Shown: positions 48,217 through 61,285, counted from the stretch's first letter. The stretch: DNA of 61,787 nt from Girardia tigrina (GCA_001938485.1 MQRK01212633.1:1-61787); one strand, 5' to 3'. The notes: a model not told the origin generated them from the letters alone. A program made the numbers and translations.

Positions 48217-51200
48217 GTAATAAAATTTATTTTTTTTAATGGCATTCTCAATTTTAATAAAAAAATTTGCCATTATTTTTTAAATTTTTTTTAATTCTTT
48301 TATTTAATTATTTTAGCTTTATTATTTATTTACATATATAACGATAATGGTAATGTATAGTAAAAATAATAATTTAAATTCCAAATAATAATCAATATTT
48401 ATTTTAATTTTAACCAATTAAATTTGTAATTAATATTTTTGAAGATTCTTAATTTTTCGAAGTAATTTAAGTTATCTGATAAAATATAATGATCTTGCAA
48501 GAATGTCTACGAATAAAAGCTCAACTATCGATTGCCCCAAGGATGATCCGAATTCTTATAAAAATTATAATCGATGTGTGAGTTATCATAACAAGAAAAT
48601 TGCATCTTTCATCATTTAGAATGTTCTTTTGGTTTTATTAATTCAAAAAAGTTGGTTTTTTTGTCTTAGATGGCACTATTTATAAAAATAAAAAGTAAGA
48701 AAAAAATGTTCAAAGTATTTTGCTTATTTATTTAAAAAAAAGAATAAATCATTTGGAAGCCCATAGAAAGACATAAGTTGTATATAGTAAACATATGCTA
48801 ATATGGAGCACTTGCAAATATTATTTTACTGAAATTTCGTTCTGGAAATGTTCACCTTCAAAACGTATTATGATAGCACCATATTCAACACTCCTTTATA
48901 TTAATTCTTCTTGTGTACTTCTTCCTCAATATTTTATTGATTATAATGTTTGTCTTTGAAACGGTTACCTTTTATATATTTTATTTGAAGATAAAAATCA
49001 AAAAAATCATTTCGGACATTTCAAAATTATTTTTTAAAATTTTATCATAAGAGATCATTTTATACATTTGCTGAAAAAATGTCCTAATATTTGGTAACAC
49101 GTCAAAAATAGATGTTAATTTCTTGACCCTTTTACGTATTCTTCTATTTGTATTCCAAATAATCATTATCGTTTTCCAAAACTCAAAGAACAATTAAAAA
49201 GATGGAATTTTAAGACAAAAAAATGACTTTGAAAGTTATGAAGACGTAGTTTGAAGAAGAGGATAATTTCCCTTCTAAAAAAATTGGAGATATATTTTAA
49301 AGATGAATTTTAATGTAAATGAGGTAAGGGTGATGAAATTAAAAAAGAGAGTTAATACTTCGAAAATAAGTAGTTATAAATGTTGTAATTAAACAAGGAT
49401 TCAAAACTTCGTAATATTGAAAAAATTATTTTATATAGTTACTGTGTTCTATATAATTACATTTAAATAAATAAATAATTCACACAATAGATTTCAGTTT
49501 GCTTTTTTTACTGCTGACATCTCTTGGGTAAAGTTTATGTATAAATATATTTAGTGGTGGTTTTGTTTGTCGGTGAACCCCTTGAGGATTCTAATGATAA
49601 ATTGACAAGCTTCTGATATTTAGTGATAAATTTCAATTTCCTGAATAGCAGCCGGTCATACATTTACTGGGTCGGGTATTTCTTCAAATGGGCATCATTT
49701 AAATAATACATAATAACAAGAGTGTTGTCTCACAAAAATTTGAACCAACGCAATATTAATATTAAATTAATTTTCTTTTTTTATTTAATTTTATTTATTA
49801 ATTAAACGAAGAGGGCTTTTTTATAACAAAGATCAGTTCAATGATCAACTTTTCAGCCAATACTTTATTTTATAGACAAAATATTCAACTTGCGTTAAAG
49901 TTGTTTTAAATATTTTATTATTTTTTTATTTAACAATCTTTTGTTTTATTTGGTATTAAATTATTTATATTCTTTTTTTTTCATTTTATTAGATATAATT
50001 TTTTTAAGATATCTACATATACATAAATCGTAAAATATTTTTTTAAATAAAACGCAGACGATGAAAATCCTTTTTGAATAAATCTTAAATTTAAGAACAA
50101 GCCTTTTTAATTATTTAAAAAAGGTAAAAAAACTGTAAAAATATATAGATTTAGTAGCATAATTTGATGGAATTTAAAGACTTTTTATCTAAAATCACAA
50201 AAAGAAGATCTCAAGAAAAATTAGAATAAAAAAGTAAAATAATCTTTGCTCAATTTATAAAAAAATCAATAACATATAATTCGATAAATTGATAAAAAAA
50301 ATTAATAAATTAATAATATTGCAATTACAGTACCATCCTCCGTTAAAATTTTCTACTTGATCATAAATCAGGATGTTTTTAACATAATGACTGGAGATGC
50401 ATTGGCCTCCTTCGATGGGCAAACATGTCACCTCCCGTATAAATAAGAGTCTGGGGGCTTGACTTAAAATCTTTACTATATTAATTTCAAAAATAAAAAA
50501 ACAATTGAAAAAACTTACACTTATACTTTTCTAATGTAAATTGTTTTTCTATCGTTTTTTCTTTTTGATACCTCTATATGACTCTAACATAACATCAAGT
50601 GTTTTCCCCATCAATAAATAAAAAACCGTTCTCAATAAGTCATTTATATTGATGAACCTATGATGATACAACCTGTAGTTAATACTTGCTTCAATATTTT
50701 GAAAGAGTATTGAAAATTCCTTATACCTTATACAAACCGTATTATCTAATTTTACAAAGATAATTATTAAGACTTATATGATCTGTCTAAGCGAGTGTAT
50801 TATGGATGACCCAAACACTTAGTGATATCTAGAAGATTAAATGTAATTTTGGATACCCCTCAGTAGACAATGTAATACATAATTATTGGAAACGTTGTCC
50901 ATGTTTATACGGTAGACGGACTCTTCGAAACCGCAAGATATCCATACTGATCGGGATGAGAGTTGGTTTGTTGAATACCTAAGCAAATGGTTGCTTTTAG
51001 GTTGATCGACCTGTAGAGTCCCGGACTCGACTTCAGATACGGAAGGAGATTTAAATGTTGGTTCCCGGGTTGAACCGCTATTCTGGATTATTAGAAATTT
51101 ATCGGGCTTGAATGAAGAAAATAAAGTCATTGAACGTATTATATTTATTTGTTGCATTTCTCAAAACAGTTCATAACAATTTCTTTGTAATTTATAAGTA

Positions 51201-51726
51201 AACTTAAATCATAATAGATACAAGCTAAAATTTTGCTTGTCTTCCTCAGTGAATCATTCTTAAGAAAAGCACTATCCTACATCCAAAATTCTTTGATATT
51301 TACTACTTTGAAGTAATCTTGACAAACTGGATTTCGCTCTTGCACCTAGAAAAAAGAGTTGAGATTAATCAATTTTATTACCCATCCATAATCAATCTTA
51401 CGTTACGATGTTCCTCAGGTATATATCAATTGTATATATTTTTTTCTTGATTAAAGTTTCATAATTTATTTTTGAATTTTAACAAATTTTTTTTGGTTAT
51501 TTATATTAAGTCTAATTCAACCACAAAATATATTCCCACGATTCACACTATTGAATGTTTACATTCATCTACCTATACGTCACAGGCAATTAATAAATTA
51601 TAAAATGCTTTTGTTTAATACACAGAGTTTAAAAGATTCAAGTTGTGTAAAATTTTACATAATAATTACTGAAGAATATATAGTTCACTCTTTTTGATAT
51701 AAAAATCGATAGGGTAGTAGATTTAA

Positions 51727-51861
51727 ATAATTTTAAAATTTCGTTTTGACAATTTGATAATTACTGAGAGAGGGTGATATGTGAGTCATTGATTATTAAG
51801 AGTCTTGATCCAAAATCAACGTGCAAACACCGTCCTCTTCTACTTTATTGAAAATATTCTG
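51727..51861 (+). mobile_element. PLE GIY-YIG C-terminal remnant
   Basis: NY*ERVICESLIIKSLDP/KINVQTPSSSTLLKIF*. Confidence 0.75.
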
Positions 51862-51942
51862 AGGTTTAAGGGATTACGAATGATTACGTAAACAATCCTT
51901 CGATATTTCAAGGTCACTTTATCAGTATTGATTTACTTTCCT

Positions 51943-51975
51943 CTGATAATAACGGTTAAACCGTCGAAATTAATT
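51943..51975 (+). ncRNA. Hammerhead motif with G8>A
   Basis: CTGATAA T AACGG-TTAAA-CCGTC GAAA TTAA TT. Confidence 0.65.
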
Positions 51976-53081
51976 GCAATAAAATAAAAAATAATAATGA
52001 CTCGAAACACTTCAAATGATACAAATTTGGGCTTACACATCGTTTGCCATGAAACAGGTCTAACAAGGATAAACTATCATCAAGAAAAACCTCTTTTAAT
52101 CAAAGAACCTTAATATATTTATACAAATGATTTCCATGATCAAAAACAATACCGGAACAAAATAAAAGTGCTTTTTCTCACTAGAGTAATAACGAAACAA
52201 ATTGTATTGATGAAAGAAACTAAATAACAAGATGCAATCAAGAAAGAAATGTACCCGGATCATTTTTTGATTTGGATTTATTAACCCACATCAACATATT
52301 AATTGTTATATACATTTTTGCTCAAATTCATCAGTCAGTACGTTTTTTCATATTATTTAACTTTGTACAAAATACATCAAACAAAAATATCTTTCAATTA
52401 TACAGGTAACTGACCTAAACAATTCGTAAATTTAGCAATTAAATTTATAATAAAAAGTAAAAATTGAAGTTTTTATGTAAGATTTTCAAAACAATTGATC
52501 TATCAAATTAATCCGTCATTATGTCACACCAATAAATTTAGTCTTAATGACAGAATCATTGCTTCATGTATCTTGTATTGAGTTTTTGAGCTATTCATTA
52601 GTATCAATGTACACTATGTATATTTTCCTTTTTATAATATCCCATAAATTCTCAATTTGATTTGCACTTTATCGTTGTTACTTTCAGACAGTAATGTTCG
52701 GGTTCTCTAAAAATGAGATACCTTGCTTTGACTTAAAACAAGTTTCATTATTCTGCTAAAAATATATATCAATGACATTCTTTCTGCATGCATGGTTCTT
52801 TCAACTACTTTTAAGACTCCTGTTCCCGCATGAAAAGAAGCCCCAGACCATTATCTTATTTGTTCATTTTAAAATATCTGGCCTGTTAGTTTTCTTATTT
52901 ATTGTGCTAGTGAAGGACATATTATAATTAAATATAAATTATTTAATCTACCCTCTTCCAAAGAGACACATTTCAGTTTTCGTAAAATTTACACCATATT
53001 AATCGTACTTATTTTTCACAATTAGACAGTTCAGCTGATATTATTGGTCGGCATGATGATTAATCACTCCTTAATGATCCT

Positions 53082-53160
53082 TTAATGGTATTTAGACTCA
53101 CATTCATAGCATCTAAACCAACAGCAGTTTGTAATGTCAACTTTACAAAATAGGCTTGGT
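53082..53160 (-). pseudogene. Possible PHD-finger relic
   Basis: SLFCK...WFRCYECESKYH* fits Cx2C...WxxCx2Cx4H spacing with the first C lost. Confidence 0.3.
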
Positions 53161-56100
53161 GAATGCTTTATCAATTTAATTAGACAATTTGCTATTTCTG
53201 CACATTTTAGTTTTGGTTGGGATTTATTTGAATACATTTTTGTATCTTTTGATGATACCCGATATTTTTGAGCGAGATCTGACAAAATTTGGATCTGTGT
53301 CTTCTTCTCGTGATATTTGTAAAAAATAATTTCCAGATAGCAAAAAGGTTATTATTATTTCAGAATCTCATAAAATTTTATAATTGATCAAAATAAATTA
53401 TAATAAAAAATTAAGTCTTATTTGTTTACGTCAGTTACATGTTTCATTTTTTCTTTGGTAAATTTTGAAAAAAAATGTTTAATAATATGAAAAAAGCGTA
53501 CTGACAGATTCATATGAGCGACATTGTATATTATAATAGTTGATTTATGATCGAAAATAGAAACTCATGGGAAATTCAATCAGTTAAAAATTTTATTACT
53601 TAAATCAGGAAGTGAGAAGGAAGTGTTTAAAAGACGAACAATTGTTATAAATTAATGTATTTAATCCCAGGAAGAGACGGTTTGGGTTTTAGAGGAAAAT
53701 AAAATTCTTTGTTTAGAGTATAAGTAATTTTTTTCAATAAGTTTTACTATAGGACAAGTAAAATTAATAAAATTTAAATTTCATTCAGTACAAAATCCAT
53801 GCTTATTTCCTTATATCTTAAGAAGACCTTTGAGAATTTTTTTTATTTTTTAAAAAAATTAAAAAAATAATTATGAGAATTTTTTGGCAATCTCAGAAAT
53901 CCTTAGAAGTTTTAAAAATTTAAACTGAAAAATATTTAAAACATAATGTATCAAAATTTTATAGTTATTTTATACATTTCAGGATGTTACCAATATTTAA
54001 AATTCAGATTTAATAACATAAATAAATAAATGTATACAAAACTATTTAAAATTAAAGCTATTTTATAATTTAATATAAAAAGTAAAATTAACCAAATATA
54101 AAAAATACTAAAAGATTTAAATGATTTTAGGAATTAATGAGAAATAACATAAAAAATTCCTAAGTTTTAAGACTAAAATTAAAATGGTGTAAAAATAAGA
54201 TAAAAGTATTATAAAGTATTATTATATTATTAAAAAAAATTTAAAAATTTCGAAGTTTTAAGTTTAATAAATTCAGAGGTAATTAATTCAAGTTTAGGAA
54301 TGAGATGCAAATGAAAAAATACGGAAAGTATAAATTAATATAAAAATCATTAAAACATTCTACAAAAATTGATTGGTAAAATTAGCACGATAATGATATT
54401 TTAAATTGTGAATAAATTTAAACATTGTAAAGTAATTATTTGTAATTAAATTATATAAATGTTAAAATTTGTATTACAACTAAATCAAATAAAATAATGA
54501 AATGAAATTCTGTAAAATTATTGTAATTTAAAGTAATAATAATAATAAATTTAATTCGTAAAAATAACAATTTTAATAAATAACTTATCAGTATTTATAA
54601 TTCAATATTTTAACGTATAATCAATCTGGTCGAAAAGAAAACAAAAGAAAAGTTCCTCAACAAAAATTGTTAGAATAATTGTTATGGAAATAAAGTGTTG
54701 CGTTTTCAAGACTTCAATTATTGATCACGAACCTAAAAATAATTAAATTATGTTTTTAGTATATTATGTATTAATAAGTTTCCAGTTGCAGAAAAAGAAC
54801 ACGTGTATTTATGTATTTTATTTATGTATCGTTTCTTATTTACACTCTTTAGTACTTCAGAGTGTTAAAACTGAAGGGTTAGGAGACATCAATAAAGTTT
54901 TTTAATGCTCATTTTCTTATTTGTTTATTGTATAATGCTAAATAATAATAATCCAAAATAATAAAAACTTTTATCAAAATATGTGTATGTGATCAAAGAA
55001 TGGTTTAATTAGACCTCAACAAAAGATACTTAAACAACAAAGAATTGCCACATTAATTCGTTATAAAAAGTAAAAGACCATTCTCCTGATAGAGTCAAGT
55101 ACATTTTAAATACTCCAAAGTAAATTTTATATTTTTTTATTATATTTAGAGATTTATATTAATACAGAAACATTATATTTATTGAGTTAATTTTCATTTC
55201 ATGTCATCAAAAGAATAAATTAAAATGTAAAAAGTGATTATATATTTTAAGAGTATAATAATAAACGTATTATTTACATATAATCAAATTATTAAATTTT
55301 ATATCAAATTCATATTTCTTTTAAAAAGGCAAAGTAGAAAACTACCAAATAAAGACCGAATACGAATAATAAATGTTTAGAAAAAACATCCATAAAAGTA
55401 AATTAGATTCTTTTATCCCAGTACAAAATCTTTAGTGTAAACTAAGTTCTTCTGTACCTTACTGTACAAAGGATAATCAATGATTTTTAGTTTTCCTTAA
55501 AACGAACAAGCATAATCCTCAAAAAAAACTTTGAAACAACCATTGATACCAGATGCTTATATGTAATATTAATTTTGCATTTGGGAATTTATATAAGAAA
55601 TTATGCGCAAATATGTTTTTATCAATGAGACTTCGCACGTAATGTGAAAAGAATCAGTGGTAGATTGTTCATTGAAGCAAAGGTACATGGCAAAGTTTTC
55701 GTCATAAGATTACGATATTGATGATAGTGGCATTTTGTAAAATTGGAATAACAAAAATAACAATTGGAACTTGGTGTTTTATTAATGAAACTTTTATTGA
55801 ATTGACAAATAACTTTTGTAACGACTTGAGAATCGGAAGATTATGGATTCAACGTTTTTAAATCACTAAACTAAGGCTAATCATTTGTCATTCTTAAGAG
55901 ATAAGTCGAAGTGTTCCCATATATAAATATTCGGCACTCCGACATCTAAAAGCATTCGAGAGGATCAAAATACTGTTGCATATTTTATGTTTTCAATCTG
56001 AAAGAGTCTCATCCAGTATGTTAGTGAGGCTTACGCTGTGATCCGTACAGTCTGGGAGGCTGACTAAACGAATGTAAAGATAAATATCCAAAAATATAAT

Positions 56101-56766
56101 TAAATGTTTTTTTACGTTTATTATCCCAATAAGAAATAGGTTTTTAAATGGAAAAAATGTTTAAAAAAGGAAACCAGGTCATGAAGAAGAATTAATGAGA
56201 AACAATAATGGTACCCGTTATAAAATAAGAGAAGATTATTGTGATAGTTTTTAAGAATTTGTTGGAATATCTCCAATTATACATTGATTCTGTTCCTATA
56301 ATGAATGGACAGATAAATTATTAAAATATTTATTTTTTGTTAATGAAATAATATAAAAAATGCTCTATCATTATAATCTTTGTAAAATTTTTAAAAGAAT
56401 TGTAATTTATCTTTTTGTGTTTTTTTAAGTTAAAAATGTTAGTAGAAAATATAAATAAATATTTATTTTAAGATCATCGTATTTCGTTCACTCTTTCTCC
56501 ATTTTTTTTGTAGATAGAACGAAACTTACTGAAATAATTCAATCTGGACTTTTTTGTTTATTTATAAATATTAACAAATATATGACGTTTGGGAGACTGT
56601 CTCTGTAGCATTTGCAACTTATTGGTACTATATAACAAATATTTCTTGGAAGAAAACTTTTTAATAAAATATTAAAATAATTTTTCTTTCAAAATGTTAT
56701 ACTTCTTTTGTTAAATAATTTAAAATATTGAAATAACATAAATAAAATAAAATATGTTATCAAAGT

Positions 56767-57125
56767 TGTGAGGGAAAATTCTGAAGGTTGTAAGTTTGTT
56801 GTTTGTATGCTGTTTTTATTTGTGACTCTCCTACTCAGATGGGATTGATATGTTTATTGATTGATTATTTGAATCTAATGAGATTAATGTCTAAATACTA
56901 ATTAATTAAAAATTTTATATTTTCAAATTTTAGTATTACTTTTTAGTAAATAATTTAATTTATTAAATATAATTTCATAAAAAATTAATGTTTATTTTAA
57001 AATTTACTTAATGAATTTTTAACCAATAAAATTTTGAGAAATCAAAAATTATTATTTTTTATATTTCATTCGTTAATACAAATATTGCATGATTTACAAA
57101 AATAACTGCACATGGTGTTCATGAA
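56767..57125 (+). repeat. Diverged LTR-family copy
   Basis: TGTGAGGGAAA...ctcctactcagatggg; 3' end uncertain. Confidence 0.55.
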
Positions 57126-57159
57126 AATTGTTGTAAAGATGAGTCTGGTTGTATTGTTA

Positions 57160-57440
57160 ATACGCCGCTCAGGAGCCAAAGGAGCCGAGTCGGTGTTTCA
57201 TCGGGTTTCACCCCTCAACTGATAGTGGGTGTTGTCCGAAGACATTTCCACATCCCGCTCGGATAGCAATGCCTTTTAAAGGTGTGGATTGCAGGCCAAG
57301 ACCCCCGTACTATGTTGGTCAGCACCCCAACAAGGCAAGCTTCGGACACTTTAGCCTAGAGCACGCCCTAGTTTCTCAGTGACACCACGTGGAGGTATGT
57401 CCGACTGGCTTAACACAGGTTACCAAAGTAACATGTCCCC
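57160..57440 (-). mobile_element. GC-rich 5' end of a LINE/SINE-like element headed by the HDV-like ribozyme
   Basis: Sharp GC-rich island whose boundary coincides with the predicted cleavage site. Confidence 0.5.
57342..57440 (-). ncRNA. HDV-like self-cleaving ribozyme (degraded)
   Basis: Minus strand: P1 GGGGAC/GTCACT; J1/2 hairpin gttac-tttg-gtaac; P2 TCGGACA/TGTCCGA; P3-L3 ACC-TCCACGT-GGT; J1/4 GAG; P4 CTAGGG-CGTG-CTCTAG; J4/2 GCTAA. Confidence 0.7.
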
Positions 57441-58622
57441 TGTGTTGTTAATAAATGTTTTCACACAAATTTTGATGCTGCTAATAAACTGGTCTTGGTT
57501 TCTAATGGTTTCTATAACATATTTTTTTAATTATTATTATTAAAATAATCTTTTTATAGTACTACGTTTTAAACCTCGGAAGGAGTGAAACTCCTATGTT
57601 CCATTTCCTTAATTTGATTTTCTGAAACAATAGATGTCTAGAACTAGGACAGTTCCATTCGAGACCGGGTCCAACATATTTCATTTCTAGAGCATGTTCG
57701 TTGCGAAAAGTTGATTGAAGTTGAACAGTTTAATTATATAGTAGTATTTACATTAATTAAATTGAGCAGAAAAGCTCCTATGTATAATTAAAGAGGTTGG
57801 ATGTTTATTGTTGACCGATAAATAATGGTTTTTTTACATTTATTAAATACTTTTGCCTTATTGTTTCACTACACATATACTGTCAGCCCTCTTATCTGCC
57901 ATTCTCTATTAACTGCCTAAAAAATCTGATTTTTCTCAATTTCACTTAGAAAGTTTCTATCAGCCGCCAATTTCTGTTAACTGCTATTTAAAAAAAACAA
58001 TATAATGCCCAGCATAGGATTGATTTGTCACTCGAAGCTTGTTAAATCATGATTGCATGTATGAGATTGATGAAAACACTGATCCCGGATCGAGAAACCT
58101 CTTAAGCGTCCAGATTTTTAAGGTTTTGTTAATTTTTAAATTACAGTAATTTAAATTACAGATTTTTAAAAAAAATGACGGTTAACAATGTTAAAGGTAT
58201 AATGAATGTATTACTAGATTATTTTGGGATTTCATTTACAAATATACATGCTATAGGTGTAAACTCGCAGACTCATAGGGGAGACCTCACGTCACACTTA
58301 TGATATAAACCATTAACAAAGTAATAATAAACGCAAGAAATAATATAACCGGATAATAAAGAAGACATACATTATCACTATCTTAAAAATCGGTGTTCTC
58401 ACTTTAAGAATTGTTATGGAAGAGTGATATTCGTATAACGCGTTGCATATCACAGATCTTTGGATTCTGAAATTCATCCAAACTACACTTTAAAACTTAA
58501 TTATAAAATTTAGGCAATGTATTGATGGCGTATTGATTACAGAATCACTAACTTACTGATGGAAGTACTTTCTATATAATTATTTAGCAACTTCAAGCCG
58601 AATGACAATTTTTTATTAACTA

Positions 58623-59020
58623 TATGGAACACAATAATTGGATTTTCAATACATTTACTGATTCCACAACATGAATTGCCACTAGGACAATTCTCAACAA
58701 AAGTTTTGTAACTCGTCATCGTTCTTGATTGATAAATTTTTAATTCTCTTTCTAAACATGTTATAAATTTAACATGATATAAATTTAAATTACAATTCAA
58801 TTTAAAATTCAATTACAAAATAATTTTAATTATTAAGAAAAAAATTTTAAACATATTATTTATGATATATTAATTTAATTTTAAAGTTAGTTATTTAAAT
58901 TTTAAAATTGAATAAATAATCCGATGTTTATAATATTTAAAATATCAATCTTCCATCTGGGTGGGAGCAACACAATCCTAAAACAACATTCAATAAACAC
59001 CATTCAAAATATTCATCTCA
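58623..59020 (-). mobile_element. Solo LTR (about 400 bp), same family as 22624-23031
   Basis: Collinear with 22624-23031 (ctcccacccagatggaagatt; atcaatcaagaacgatgacgag...ctagtggcaattc); flanks AACTA / AACAA. Confidence 0.8.
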
Positions 59021-59115
59021 AACAACAAAAGTAAAACCATTCAAAATATATTTTTGAGTTTTGAAAGGCAATTAATATTGCATTAAATATGTAATTATCT
59101 CCTAAAATTTAAAAT

Positions 59116-59450
59116 ATGTTCAGTAATAAATCTATTACACCTTTAACACTGTGTTCTCATATTGTCTTTAATATAAATGTAATAGTTTCAATGTCACCTA
59201 CATTAGAAAGAATGTCGGTCATTTCGGTTAACGAATTCAAGAACATGGTCGAAAGGAGAGTCAGAGCAATATTGCAGAACATAGAGAAAAATTTAAATGC
59301 GATATTAATATTGATAATTTTAAGATTCTGTGTGAGAATTTTGATAGTTATTTCGTGAGTGTTTTGTGAATCGTCCTTAATTCGATTGCAATGTCCTAAA
59401 ATCGATGTTCAAGCGGTAGTCTTAACAATCTTATTGAGAATTTTTCAAAC
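59116..59450 (+). mobile_element. PLE GIY-YIG remnant
   Basis: MFSNKSITPLTLCSHIV...RIQEHGRKESQSNIAEH...NFKILCENFDSY...CESSLIRLQCPKIDVQA...LLRIF. Confidence 0.8.
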
Positions 59451-59508
59451 AATTGACTCAATAATCATTTGATTTGTTTACAGATGAAACAAATACTTAA
59501 TCAGTGAT

Positions 59509-59628
59509 CTGTCGATGATGGTTCGTCCGTTGAAATATATTGACAAGAAAATATTTGGAATTGGATGATTTTTTCTATTCATAAAAATCATTTATACTGA
59601 TAATGACGGTTAAAAGTCAAAATTAATT
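59509..59628 (+). ncRNA. Two tandem decayed hammerhead motifs
   Basis: CTGTCGA T GATGG-TTCGT-CCGTT GAAA TATA TT (59509-41) and CTGATAA T GACGG-TTAAAA-GTC AAAA TTAA TT (59597-628). Confidence 0.6.
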
Positions 59629-60512
59629 AACAAAAAAATATTCATTTTAGCTTTAATTGACCTAACTCGTTTATTTTTAATGAAAAACCAGTTCTTGTCA
59701 TTTTATTTATATTTTATTTGTAAAGTTTTCTTGGAAAACTATTGTTTAATTCTTTTTATATCCGATAACTTCTCTTCTGAGGATGAGAATATGATTTTTT
59801 CGAAACACGTCACATATATTTTTAATTTCCTGTAAATAGTTTGTATTTTATATATTTAGATATTGAAAAAAGTGATTAATTAATCCCTATTGATAGAGAA
59901 CAGTTTTGACAGTTTTATTTTCTTTTAAATAGACTGTAACATATGCCTGATGGTTGTGACCTATTCAAATATCGCAATGATCTAAATAAAGAAATTTATA
60001 TACAAGAAAATTAATTAAACAATGTAAAGATTATTTTAAAAATATTGTAAAAAATATATTTTAAACAATATTTATCCTGAAAAATAAATTTAAGAACTTA
60101 TAACAATATCGAGGAACTATGATAAAGTGTGTCGTTGTGGCAAATACTTATTCATATTAAATAAAAACTAATGTTATATGCTATCGAAAATGGCATATAA
60201 CATTTCCACACCTTATGTGAAGCAAGATTGAAAGCATGAGCCGTTGATTCACGCTCCAAACATAAGAGAACCCAGACCTAAACGATTCAGGCATATAAAT
60301 TTTATTTCACAATTTCAAAGTAAAGTAGCATTACGTATGTTTCCGAAAAGAATAGCAGCATTTTTCAATAAAAAAATAATTTTGAGCCTTAAAAGTATTG
60401 AAGTATAGGACCACTTTTCAGGAATAAGTTTTTTTGAAGATAACTTTAATTATTTTTTTATTTAAAAATAAAAAAAACGTCATTTATTGAATAAACATTT
60501 ATTTTTTACGAC

Positions 60513-60545
60513 AATTAATTTTTACGGTATTACCGTCATCGTCAG
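60513..60545 (-). ncRNA. Decayed hammerhead motif (solo pLTR)
   Basis: CTGACGA T GACGG-TAATA-CCGTA AAAA TTAA TT. Confidence 0.55.
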
Positions 60546-60826
60546 ATCTCAATAAAAAAATGAGTTTTAAATTTAAGTATATAGGAAAGCAGTGTTACGT
60601 CATCTAAACACGCTCAATAGGGTTTTTGAAAGACCCATTTGCACATTAATCTTAGGATCTAAAGATCTGATATAAAGTGCTTCACATGTGTAAATAGTGT
60701 GTATCGGTAGTGTTATAGAAAAGTTACCAACAATACTCACTATTAACATATTTATAAATATAAAGTTTGTATATATAAGTTATAAAAAATGACAAATATT
60801 TGTTTAGTCCGATGATAAATAATCTT

Positions 60827-61215
60827 TCAAATGTTCATTGAGATATTTTTATTTTTGAACGATTTGACACAATGATTACTTTTGTAGAGTAAATTCTTCG
60901 AATTACATTTCTCAGAATAATTTTCAATTGGAACAGGTTGATTGAGAAATTCATTCCAGATAAGAGGTTTAATCAGTTTATCTGATTTCGGTTTTGTGGC
61001 TTCCATTTGGGTATCATTGATCGCAGAGCGACAGCATTTATTGGAATGATACACGAAAATGGAAGGACGTTTTGTTTGTTACAAAGGGACAAGAGCATTT
61101 CATTTTATTCGACGAATGAAGCTGTTCACAAGAATATTCCATCAACTTCAAATGTGACTTAAAATGATTTTTAAGGATCGATTTTCATCGAAAAGACTTG
61201 TGACACGTGTAATAT
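60827..61215 (-). pseudogene. C2H2 zinc-finger gene relic
   Basis: TCHKSFR*KSILKNHFKSH (about 61150-61208) and YKSNHCVKSFKNK/YLNEHLK (about 60827-60885). Confidence 0.6.
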
Positions 61216-61285
61216 TGAAATTGTTTCTGCTGAGTATGGAATTAATAAATGGGTAGATAAATTATTGATTCCAAAATATTCTATA

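Larger units (their letters stand above)
47494..48290 (+). mobile_element. 5'-truncated Penelope-like element with inverted pseudo-LTR
   Basis: GIY-YIG MFSNKSRTPLSLCSNLVYQFSCNGCNATYIGETSRHLCKRMQEH...YWERVTCEALLIKSLNPSINVQ (47730-48113). 47494-47625 is the reverse complement of 48128-48266. Confidence 0.92.

Noticed and set aside
50837-51157. 106-aa ORF
   Set aside because: No recognisable motif or element boundaries; product unsupported.
55640-55860. Merlin/IS1595-like transposase traces
   Set aside because: Only scattered 3-5 aa resemblances across frames.
776-58812. Most 60-100 aa ORFs in the track, and any CRISPR, tRNA or rRNA feature
   Set aside because: The ORFs are F/I/L/K/N-rich chance frames or antisense shadows of TE genes. 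No regularly spaced repeat-spacer array or tRNA/rRNA signature was seen.
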